From assembly GCA_051294375.1 (NCBI GenBank), contig CM119269.1:19205422-19269421 (forward strand): 64,000 bases of DNA, written 5' to 3'. The notes beneath the pieces are model-generated. The model was not told the DNA's origin and did not search any database. It worked only from the letters and a program-made list of their open reading frames with translations. Position numbers and translations under genes: made by a program. Positions 38,201 through 50,584 of this stretch are shown here, one piece after another; position 1 is the stretch's first letter; each line of letters begins with the position of its first letter. Source of the DNA: Paraspadella gotoi (lineage: Eukaryota > Animalia > Chaetognatha).

Positions 38201-41200
38201 AATCTCAACACAGTTTGGTGCCAACCAAACCATCTCGTCCAAACGACCTGATCGCAATGCTTGATCGCCTCGTCGAATTCCCCCAACCGGAAGCAGGCCT
38301 GCGCCATGTTGCTGTTGACAGGCACGAGACACGCCCTCTTCAACTCGTGCTCTTCCTTCGCCGGTATGATTCGCCTTCGTTGACGTGTAGGCGCAGTAGC
38401 GAAGCGCCTTGGCGTTACTTGTTTCTTGCGCCGGAAAAGTCTCCGGCTCTGAAGGCATCGTTGCCGGCATCCCTTGATGGCGGCAATTGCCTCGATGGAA
38501 AAGCTCCTTGTCTTTGGTGGTTGAGTCCAGAGTCTTCGGGGAAATCGGCGTAAACGTCGCCAGCTGCGGCGGCGGCGGCGGCGGCATCTGTGGCTAATAT
38601 TACTTCCCGCCTGTTTTTTTAAGAAAAGAAACAGACAAAAAAAAAACCAAATGTACGGGCAGAATAAAATATCCTTAAAACTTCTTTCGTCTATTTTATC
38701 TTTTGTGGATAAAATCCTATATTTCTAATTTTCTATTCATAGCTCTAAAATAACCCAACAAAACTAAACCGGATTTGAGGCAAAGTTGGAAATAGGTTAA
38801 CAATTTTCGATTAAAAATTGGGTAAGCCTTTCTCAAGTACAACTTTATCTCCAAGTAAGAACAAAAAACTTGATATAAAGATTACTGGTTTTCAAATCTT
38901 GACGTGTTTCTCTTTTTCATCAAAACGCATATGCAAAATAAAAAATTTCTTATCTAAAATTTTCAATTTTGGAGAATAAATAAAGCGACCGTTGATAGCC
39001 TAATAAGTATGCAGCTGCTACGAAAAAAACTCAGCTGTTTCAAAAAACCATTCTTGAAACCTCATTAAATTTAAAAAAAAAACGTTTCAAGGTTGGCTAA
39101 TATAACCAAGATATTTTTTAGCTTAACTAAACTGTAGAACAAATAAGGTGGTATTCCAAATAATCTATATTTATGGGAAGAATACAAATTATAAAAAAAA
39201 ATCACTGCAAATATAAGGTATAGAATGAGATAGATCCAATAAACAAATAACAAATCAAAACAAAACAAAACAAATAATTTAAAGATACTATAGTGCTGAA
39301 CTAACAAGAAAAAAAACCCAATAAAAATCACAAACACACAAAACTCAACAAAAAAAAAAAAGACTTGACAAACTTTTTTTAAAATGTAAATGAAACAAAA
39401 ACTAAACAAAAAAAAACAAAAGGGAAAAATCATTCGTCCTCGTCGTCGTCGCTGTCGTAGAGACGCGGGGCGTTTTTCTTGCCGGACTTGTCATCGAGCA
39501 GAAAGGATTGGTAAGATCTTTGGAATTGGCGCATTTGCTCGCTGCCAGCTCCTCCTCCTCCTTCTCCCGCTCCATCCCCCTGGGGCGATCTCGACCTCGA
39601 CCTCCTCTGATTGGGCGGCGGGGGTGAATCTTCCTCGTCCCTCTTCCTCATTCCTCCTCCCGCCCCACCTCTTCCGAACCGGATGCCCCCGCGGAACCCA
39701 GAGAATCTTATGTTGCCCCTGACGGCCGTTTCGGCGCCGCCGCCTCCGCCCCCTCGCGGGCCCATCATTCTTCCTCGAGTCATGAAACCCCTACCTTCGA
39801 AGCCGCTGCCCCGCTGAGCCGCCCCGGGACCCCCTTCCCTTTCTCTCTCGTCCCGATCGCCCCCTTCCTCGGGTCTTCCTCTTCCCCCTCCCCTTGCCCC
39901 GGTCATAACCCGAGGGGGACCCCCCATTCCCAACATCCCTCCCGGTTTGAAGCTTTGCATCCCCAGACGGATAGGGCCTCCTCCTCCTCCTCCTCCTCCT
40001 CTTGCGGCGCCGAGGGGCGTCGACGCGCTGAGACCGGAAGTTGACTCTTCCTCCTTTTGAGAGAGAGACGCTGCAAATCTTGGCTCGCACAATAACGGGC
40101 GGATTTTACTCTCAAGGATCCGATGGATGGTTTGCTCATTGTCATTTGTAAATTATTATAAAACTCCCTTCTTAATTTTATCATTTTGGGAAAGTTCCTT
40201 GTATAATATAATCGTAAATAAGTTAAAAAAGTTTGGAATCTTTTATTTAACGTCTGTTTTTAATTTTTTTTTTTAAATCAAATTAAGCCCCTTCCGCCTT
40301 TACCTTGCGTGCGTTTTAATACGTACAGATATACATATAAAGCAATACAATACTATAACTTTATTACAACCATCTATACGATGCATAACTATATATCCCG
40401 AAGGTAATAATCCGCCGCGCCATTCAAACCCAATCATCAAGCCGAAGCCGTAGAGAAGAGAGGAGAAAAAGAGAGGAATCAACGATGGAACCTTACCGGA
40501 CTCTCCTCGTCTTCACTCACCCTTCTGTCGGCCGGGATCTCTACCGCAGTCGCGATGACGCAAAGGCCTACGCGGTCGGTCGCGATGTCGATCTGCGTCG
40601 CCTCCATCTCCTTGACAACGCCCATCCCCTTGACGACGCGGCCGAAGATCAACTCGTGGCTTCCCGTCGAGATTGAGCCCGTCTTCACCTCGTCGTGGAT
40701 GAAGAATCTGAGAGAATGTTGGGGAATGAAAGGAAGAAATGTGGATTTCAAGTTGAGCCTTTTGTCCTTTATTTTCCGAGAAGTAGGAGCTTTTACTTTA
40801 GGAATAATAAGATGATGAACAGAAAACGCATATGGATTCTGATAATTACAATGTTCTATCATTAAATTATGTTCATGATTAAAGACGCCGAATCAATGTG
40901 CAATTAATTTTAATTTAACATCTGGACCCGAAAACGGATTCAAAGAAATCGGTTATGAAAATTCCGATTCACAAAAAAAATATAATACGAATTCACAGAA
41001 AAACCTTTCCATAGCATTACTGAACTTCCATGTGTTCTTGGCCAGAGTTGGCCATCGACAGAAACCCGGTCGGTCGTGCTTCAGCTTGAAGTTCTCGTCG
41101 GCGAATTTTTCGCCGTAGATACTTTCGCCGCCGGTCCCGTTGTGCCTGGGGCGAATATGAGGATTGTCGCGTCGTAAATTTCATTGTTATGGTTTGGAAA

Positions 41201-44200
41201 TTGGAATGTCATTTTAACAAATGAAGGAACGCTTTTTAATACTCATCTCAACATTAAACGTAAAATTATACATAAAAAAGACCCCTTTCAAAGAGTCTTA
41301 TTAAATAAATCTAAATCTAAATAAATCTAACAGTAGAATACAAAAAATATGTTTTCTATTTTCACCTAGTAAAGTCTCCTCCCTGACACATGAAGTTTTT
41401 GATGATCCTGTGAAAGCCGCAGCCTTTGAAGTGGAGCGGTTGGCCGGTGGTGGCGACGCCGTGGTCGCCCACGCAGAGGGCGCGGAAGTTCTCCGCCGTT
41501 CTGAAGTGGGGTGGGAGAGAAAAGTAGGATTCGAGAATTCGCAAATAGGGGTAAAGGGCGAAGAGAAGATGGTGTAAGAAGGAGGGAAGGAAAATGAAAT
41601 TGAGTTCATCAATCTCATTCTTTTTTGAAAATAAGATTGAGTTAATCAATCTCATTTGCATATTGCCGTATTGACATTGACTCGTCCTAAATTCTATTCC
41701 TTCGTCATTTCATGTTATAATTTCACAAATTCACTGATAAGAAATATTCTGACCAATTGAGATTGATCTCAATCACAATCTGAATTCAAAAAGAGAAGAG
41801 AAGGAGCGATGGAAGTTGAGGGGGAGATTCACATTTTTTAACCTTTCACTCTTCAGCTTTACGCCTCCGCTTCATCTCCTCTTACTACTTTCTTTTCCTT
41901 TCTTTCGTGTCTCCCATTTCACCTAACCTTACCTTTCCTCACCCGACCTCACCCTTCCTCACCTCGGGACGACGTCACGAAAGAGTTCGAACTCGATCCG
42001 TCCCGTTTTTTCTCCTCCGATTTCGATGTCGAAGAAAACTTTCGGATTCGGCATCCTCGCTATTTTTTGTTTATAATCTGGTCGTCTGCTTGAGTTTTGT
42101 TTCTTTTATTTTAACGATTTAGTTTCCTTTTTTTGGGACTGTTTTTTTGATGTTGTTGTTGTTTTGGTTTTTTAATTCTCGGGGGTCGAAAAAAAAGAAA
42201 GGGGATAAAATATAAAAGACACGAGAAACAGAATATGAGAACGGAGACAAAACAGATAGAAAACTTGAATTGAAATTGTTTTATTATCGTCGTATTTAAA
42301 TTAGTATAGTGTACATTTGAGAACACATACATGTATCAACATTAAATGACTGACTAGACCATCGGCTTGGTTGCAGACTTTCCGGGAGTTTGAAAAAGAG
42401 GCGTCGCTGCCGAGAACATTTCAACGTCACGAAGTGAACTCTTTTATATTTGATTCTGATTTTGTATTTGTTTATTTCGATTTCACGTAAACTGCGCTTC
42501 TTTTAAAAATCCAAACGTTAAAATTAGTAACGATTTCCGCTCCAAGAGTCTCCTCCTTCATCTTCTTCCTTCTCTCCCTCTTCCTCCTCTTTCGCCTCTT
42601 CATCGTCGCCTTTGTTTTCATCGTCGTCGCCTTTGTTTTCCTCATCGTCGCCTTTGTTTTCGTCGTAGTTGTAGTCATCATAAGCATCGTAGTTAGAGGC
42701 GCCAAACGACCCTAGTCCATATTTGTCCTCGACCGGCTCTTCGTTGTCCTCGTCTTCCTCGCCTTTGTTTTCGTTCTCTTCGTCTTTGTTTTCCTCGTCG
42801 TTTTCGTCCTTGTTTTCTTCGGTGTCGTCGTCGTAGGGATCATAGTTAGAGGCGCCAAAAGATCCCAGTCCATATTTGTCTTGATTTTCGTCTTCGTCTT
42901 CGCCTTTGTTTTCGTCTTCGTCTTCGCCTTTGTTTTCGTCGTAATCGTCGTAATCGTCGTAGTTGGAGGCGCCGAAAGAGCCAAGTCCGTACTTGTCCAC
43001 TACCGCTTCGTCGTTGTCTTCTTCCCCCTAAAATATTAGTAGGGACGAAAGGCGAAGAAAGAATAAAGCAAGAAAGAACAGGGATAGAAAGGAGAAAAAG
43101 AATTGGAATTGTTGACAGACAGGAAAAAGAAAGTGAATCAGAAAAGTAAAAGAAAAGAGAAGGAAAGACAGGAAAAAGAAAGTGAATCATAAAAGTGAGG
43201 GTAAAGTAGGGCAAGGTTAAAGATAAAGAATAAAGATTAGAAATCGTCATAAATTTAAAAAAAATTCAAGTCCTGGGAAAATTTTCATAATTTTAAATTC
43301 AAGAGAGCCTAAAAGTCAGAATGAAATTAATTTTATGTTATTTCGGTTGATATATCTTCTGATATATATATTTCCTTTCCTTGTTTTCCATTGTAAAAAA
43401 AATTATATTACGCTTTATGCAATTTTGGTTTGAATAATCCCAGAACTTAAAATACTAAACGAATAAAAATGTATATTTCATATCTCTATAAGTTGTAGTC
43501 TGAACAATACTAAATATGAAATGATTGTGAAAAGCATGCGGAGGTTTCGGAGTTAACGTTTGGACTATGGGCAACGATTGAAAAAGCAGTGTGCTGCGCA
43601 GCACAAATGTTCAGTCAACTAAACAACGTAAAAGATAAAAATGGAACCGAAGTGTGATTAAATCGAAAGGTAAACGATTCATAGGAAGAGATATTTTAGT
43701 GTGACAAAAAATAAACGAGATCGCGCTTTAAAATACAACTTACTGTAGACGCCACAATGGAGTACAGCTGTCTAAGCCTTAAAACAAAGTCAGATTTAAC
43801 ATTTAACATTTAAATTCGTCAATAAAGCGAAATTGAAAATTATTACAATGAAGAAAAGATTTTTTTTATATTCCGAGTGCGTGAAAAATCTTTTCGATTC
43901 GTGGATTCGATTTCCAGCTTCAGCGTTTGACCGCCGAGGGATTTTTTTATTTGTCATTTCTAAATTTCAAATTTTTGAATTATAGAAAATCAGAATTTGA
44001 AATTTGAGAATTAAATTCGAGGATGCGATCGGTTCCATCTGCCGCTGATATCGATTTCCACTTTGGAGGTTAAAAACCTCGTAAAACGATCATCGTTTTG
44101 AAGCGACCATTTTTAATCCCTGTCGTTTCTAACAACCCTACTCTTTCGTAAGTCGTCGAAATGTTATTGTTCTTGTTCTTTTATTTAATTCCCGAGCCTC

Positions 44201-45084
44201 ATCCGCCATTCGGTCCGTCGGGTCAGTAATTGGCCTGTCGTTAATCGTTCAAATCGGACCGCGTCACTCAGTTAATTTACCTCCTCCGTCGCCGCCTCCT
44301 CGGCCGGTGCCTCCTCAGCTGGCGCCGGCGCCCCGGCTGGCGCGGCCTTCAAGGGGCACTCGTCCGGGGCTTCAGTCTTGAGGAATTCGAAGAGACTCTC
44401 GTTTTCGATGGCGAGTTGGAAACCGTCGAAGTCGCCGCAGAGTTGATCGTCGTTGAAGATCTGAGGGGTCACGACGACGCCCTGGAGGAAATTCCGGTGC
44501 CTTGGAGGTTAGCGTATGTTTAGTATGTTCAGGGAATTAAATGAAACCTTTAGAGGACTGTTGCTAAAGATCTTGTTGTAATAAGTATAACAAACTATAA
44601 AAACACTATTAACCTGTTTGTTTTGAAGTCCGTGTTCGTGCAAAAAAGTTCGTTCATCTTCCAATATGTTGTCGCCGACGTCAACGACCTGCGTGAACGT
44701 TCTTTTCATTGATAGAGTGATTGATTGATTCCTTGATTTGATTAAATGATTTATTTATTTTTTAGTGATTAATCAATTGAGATAAATAAGGCCGGGAAAG
44801 TCATTTTTAAGCGTTTTAAACTACTACGTATGAAAAAAAAATGTTCTTTCATATTTTTTTTTCTTTAGTCGCTTACTTCGTGATTGATTTTCAATCCGGA
44901 CAACAGCCACAAAACATGTTGCTGATTCTTTTTAGCCGCGGTGTAAATAGTCGCGTTCGAAATATATACTTTAACCACCATATTGACTGTTTGTTTGTAT
45001 CACGAAAAATCTAAATGAAAAATTTTCGTTCGAATATTAACAGAAAACTGGCTTGGGTTTTCTGCGCAATGAATAACCAGAAAG

Positions 45085-45154
<70 letters not shown>

Positions 45155-46416
45155 TTTTGCGGATGGACAATTCAAATTTCAGATATATCGAAACAAAAAG
45201 TTTTACTAAAAGAAAACAAAATTACGTTGAATTCAGTTTAAAAGAAGTATTTTTAACGCTGACGCCAACTATTTTGAAACAAAGTTTATTTTTCATTAAA
45301 GTAGTCAGTCGCAAACTATAAAATGATTCACCTTTTAATATAAAGTTTTATTTGTAAAATTATAGTTTAAAACGCGAGGCAGCGATCGACTATGAGCATT
45401 TTGAAGTCTTGGACTCCCCCTTCGCTCCTGAGAGCGACCGGGAGAGAGAAACGAACCTTCATTTCTCAGAATCTACGATTGAAACGGATTTAGCGTTATT
45501 ATTTGTTATGTCGAGCTAAAAAATAATGTTCTAACGAGTGATAATCGTCGACCGCGAATAGCGAAACGGGAAAAGTTTGGGTTTATGTCGGAGGGGGAAG
45601 TGAAAGAGAGAGAGAGAGTAGAGAGAGAAGAGAGAGAGAGAGAGAGAAGAGAGAGGTAGAGAAAGAGAGAGGAGAGAGGAGAGAGAGAGAGAGAGAGAGT
45701 TGAAATGCAACCGGGTGAAGATAAGCGAGTGTGTGATAGAAAGCGAGCGCACGCGATAGAGACGGAGAGAGAATAATCTCGACGTTTCCAGAAAATTAGA
45801 GCCTTTTAATTTTATCTAAATCGTTATTAAAAACCTTTTTTTTTTGCAGGCATTGATTGACTGAAAAAAAAAATAAATGTGTGAATATTAGTTAAATTAT
45901 TACCAATATCTTTTAAATTAAAGTTCTAATCATAATAAGAGATTATATTATTCAAATAACAGTAACTATAATTCATTCCCTTAGGATTTTTCTGTGACGT
46001 TTCCGACGCCCCGATTCTGGACGTGACCAAGTACGAGTGCCCATCGGGTCACTTCTGCCCAAACGGAACGAAAAAGGCGACGGTGAGAGTTACCGCGTTT
46101 TGCATAGTCCGTTACACTTACAATTCACAAAATCTTAAGTCAGGCAACAAATTTATTAGATATAGCTATTTTCGATTAGACCTTTAAGTAAGAATAAGAG
46201 ACAAAAACATTAACATTAATGGATTACTAATGTTCTACATGTTATTTGGTTCACAGGCGTTCCCTTGCCCACTCGGAACATTCTACAATTTAACTGGCGC
46301 GAGAAACGTCTTAGACTGCATCAAATGCGAACAAGGAAAATTTTGTGGCAAAGAAGGACTGGTTGAACCTGAAGGTAAAATTGATAAGAGATACATTGAG
46401 GAGAGAAAGGGAGAGG

Positions 46417-46511
<95 letters not shown>

Positions 46512-46865
46512 GAGAGAGAGAGAGAGACAGACACATAAACATAAAAAACTATTATCTTCCCCACAGGTTTCTGTGGGGCCGGATATTGTGTGCATCTTAG
46601 GCCTCATGGAGCGCACCGCCCGTGGAAGCCACCGTAAACGCGACGTTACCACCCCCTGGGGGCGTGCCCTGCCCCGCCGGACACTACTGCCTCGAAGGAA
46701 CGACCGCGCCCTCTCCGTGCCCAATCGGCTTCGCCTCTTCGTCGGAAGGATTGAAGCAGGAGGTCGATTGCCCGTCCTGCCCGGCCGGGCATTTTTGCAA
46801 TGAGACAGGGTCGACAGAGGCGACCGACCAATGCGATGAAGGGTGAGGTCATAGGAAAGAAAGAG

Positions 46866-46919
<54 letters not shown>

Positions 46920-49900
46920 TGAAAAAGAGATAAATAAATAAATGGGAAAAAAGAAAGAGAAAAGGAAATCAATTTCTGAATTTTTTATTTGAAATAATTT
47001 GAACAGAATTGAAAAAAAATTGTTAGAGATGCACTCGTTGCTTTATCCTATAAATTATTGGATTCTCCGTCTATATTTAAAAAAAAAAAAAAGATTCTCT
47101 ATTTCATTTTCTTTGATTTAGTATATTATTCTTTTTATTTTCCTCCTTTTTTCTCGCTTACTTTTTTCAAATTATAGGTTTTCATTACTTTATTAAATTT
47201 TTTTTAAAAAATTTTGTTCTTTTCTTTCTTTTCTTTTCTTTTTCTTTTTTTTCTTTTCTTTTTTTCTTTTCTTTTCTTTTCTTTTCTTTTCTTTTCCCTT
47301 TCTTTTCCTTTTTTTTTTCTTTGTACGTTTTAGAACTGTTAAAGATTTATTTTTTTCATTTTCCCTCAAAGATTCTTTTGCGACCGCGGCGCGACCGTCC
47401 CTCGTCCGCTCGGTACCGCCGGCGACATATGCCCTATCGGACACTTCTGTCCGCGCGGGACCGGACCAAACCCCCGTCCATGCCTTGATGGCACTTACTC
47501 GGAGGCCGAAGGCGCCGCTGAGTGTAATCTATGCACTGAAGGGTAAGGATTGATAATGATGATGATCATCATCATCATTAAGATTACGATTACGATAAAC
47601 GTAAAATATATGATTATGATGACGAAGATATTGATTCCGATTCTATTCCACCCCGATCTCAAGCTTCACCTGCCCCGGCAATGGGACAGTCACGCCCGTG
47701 ATCTGCCCGGCCGGATTCTACTGCCCCTCGGGCACAGGTCATTACCTTCCTCCCTGCCCGCCCGGCACGCTGGGACTTAATCCGAGCCTGACAGCCGAAG
47801 GAAACTGCAGCTCTTGTCCCGGAGGCTTCGCTTGCCAAGAACGCAACGCGACGAGCCCGTCGGGACAGTGCCTGGCTGGCTACTTCTGCCGAGAAGGGGC
47901 ACCGTCACCGACGCCCTCAAACGATACCGAAGGTGAGAGGGGCTGAGTGGAAGAGTCGCGGATGGGCTGTGAATACGAAGGGGGAAGGCAGGAAGGGGAT
48001 CGATAAAGATGGTTAGAACGAAAGAAAAGGAATATTAGGAGAAAAGAGATGGAAACAAGAATATTGTTGTTTGGACGGTGAAGAAACACGATAAAAGTGA
48101 CAAAGAAGTTAAAAAGTTACCTGCGATGTGAAAAAAATTGAAATGGAATTAAATTTGAATGATGCCAAAGACTGAACGAGGAGAAAAATGGAAGGAAAAA
48201 ACTGGAAAGGAAAAAAAAAGAAAAATGGGAAATTACTAAATTTTCTCATACCGACGTCATAAATTTTACCTCTTAAAATGACGATGACGTCAGATTTTAA
48301 GACTAAGAGTCTTAGTCTTAGTCTTAGTCTTAGTCTTAGTCTTAGTCTTAGTCTTAGTCTTAAAATCTGACGTCATCATCGTCGTTTTTCTCGTCGTCGT
48401 TGTCCTTAAGTTTGTTCGTTTTCGTCTTCATCGTCATCGTCGTCACCGTCCCCGTTTTCGGAATCGTCATTGTCGTCGTCGTCGTCGCCGCCAATCTTNN
48501 NNNNNNNNGTCACTTTCACCGAAAGAAGAAAAAATAAATAACTCCAAGTCAATCACAGCTTCGCGTCTCGAGACTTTTCCCTCTTGAACAATCACGCCTA
48601 AAAGCTTTCGACACGTGAGGATTTGGTCACGTTTTTCGCGTGATCCATCTCTCTCTCTCTCTCCCAATCCGAACGATGACCTTTAAACAATTAAATAATC
48701 TACATAACAAGATATTCATCTACGTATGAATATAGATTCATCCACATTTAGTTAGTTAGTTAGTTCATTCACTCCTTTGACTTTCCTGTGTCTCTCCTTC
48801 CCTTTTTTCTCTTTCCTTCCTTTCAGTCTCAACTTCTAAAAAGTTCATTTGTTTTCTCGAGCTCAATCGGATAATCGTCGACCTTGGCCTTTGGCCATCG
48901 TCAATCTGCGTCCTAAGTTTGTTTAATCGTGTTTTGCCTTCGGTCACGCCTTCTTTGGCCTCTTGTCCTTCGCATTAGTCGACGGCCTTGACAGTCCTTG
49001 AGTTAGAAAATGTAAGCATAATGAGATTGAAACGAGTCGAAGAAAGAAATTAAATAAAGAATGATGAAAATAAAAGAAAAGGCAAGAGGGAAAAAAGGAA
49101 ATAAAAAAGAAAAAGGCAAAAACTAAAACAAAGAAAGAAAAAAAAATAAAGAGAGAAATTTGCTTTGGCCTTGGGCGTCGGTCGAAGTCGCGTGACGAAA
49201 GAAAACAAATTGTTTACAATACGTAGGATCGTTTGTTTTTTTTACAATAATTTTCACTATCGCATCTCGTGCATATCCTCTGGAAAGATAAAAAAACTTA
49301 CAGGAATAAAAAGAGATCGAAGGAAATACATATAAATAAAATATTAAATATATAAATATATATACATATAATTAAGTACATTCCCTGATATTTCTGTTTC
49401 CTTTTCCTTTCTCCCCTCCGCAGGTCGTTTCGGTCCCTGCCCGCCGGGATATTTTTGCGGCGCCGGCACCGCGGAACCGACCCCGTGCCCGCGCGGCACC
49501 TTCAACGACGTCGAGTTCGGCAGCGTCGCCGACGACTGCCTGGCCTGCGTCGCCGGCAGATTTTGCGGCGCCGAGGGATTGTCGGCGCCGAGCGGAGAAT
49601 GCGACGCCGGATTCTACTGCCTCGGCGGCGCCAAAGTGGCGAACAATCCTGTCGAGGACGAGACGGGCGGACCCTGCCCGGTGGGGCATTATTGTCCCGA
49701 AGGTGGGGGCGTTAGGAGAGAGATGTGGTTACCTATATTCGTTGACATTAAATTTGTGTAATCATAGGAACGTCGCTTCCGTTGAATTGCTCTGCCGGAA
49801 GCTTCGCCGCCGTCGCCGGCTTGGCCGAGTGCGTTACGTGCCCCGCAGGATATTTCTGTCCGGAAGGATCGGAAAGTTATGAAGGTAAGGCCCTTACCCT

Positions 49901-50546
49901 TACTAAGGGACTTAATCTCCCCGTCCCATCGTTAATTGATTGATCGATTGATTGATTTTGTCCGGGATATTTGACCGATTAGTCATTTGCTCTGGTTGAT
50001 TTCTTTCATTGTTTCGACTTTTAGGCAACGAATGTCCAGTAGGCCACTACTGCCCAGACGGCACGGAAAGGGCCAACCAGTACCCCTGCCCCGAGGGGCG
50101 TTTCAACCCCGATCCGAAACGGAGCAACGGTTCCGATTGTCGCCTTTGTCCGCCAGGTCAGACATGAAACGTTATCGGATATGGTAGTTCCAATTCTTTT
50201 TTCTTTTTTTCCTTTCTTTTCTCTTCTTTTTTTTTTATTTACTTTTTCTTTCCTTTATTCTCTCTTATTTATTTTCTTTGCATCTTAATTTCGCATTCCC
50301 AGGTTTCTCTTGCGCCGGCGCCGGCCTCGCCTCGCCCTCCGGCGGCTGCGACGCCGGTTTTTTCTGCGTCTCCGGCGCCGAGTCATCGACGCCGATTCAT
50401 TACGGCGTCGTCAACGAAGAACTAGTCGCAGACGGCGTCGATTTTGCCGAAGGAAGTGTCGAGGAATCAGGTGAAAAAAGCTTCAAAACCTCCAGACAGA
50501 AACAAAATTAACTCTCTTCACTCTCTCTCCTCTCTCTCTCTTCTCT

Positions 50547-50584
<38 letters not shown>

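Noticed and set aside
37701-38587. Stand-alone TPR gene starting MPPPPPPQ
   Set aside because: The ATG directly follows an acceptor (cacag|ATG), and the alternative frame gives the Cyp40 linker [10 protein letters not shown], so these are PPID 3' exons.
42640-43000. Regularly spaced ~42-nt repeats resembling a CRISPR array
   Set aside because: Repeats vary at synonymous positions and encode a peptide motif in an open frame; eukaryotic context, no cas genes.
48309-48362. Interstitial telomere
   Set aside because: TTAGTC is not a telomere repeat I can assign, the array is short, and it is embedded in an inverted repeat.
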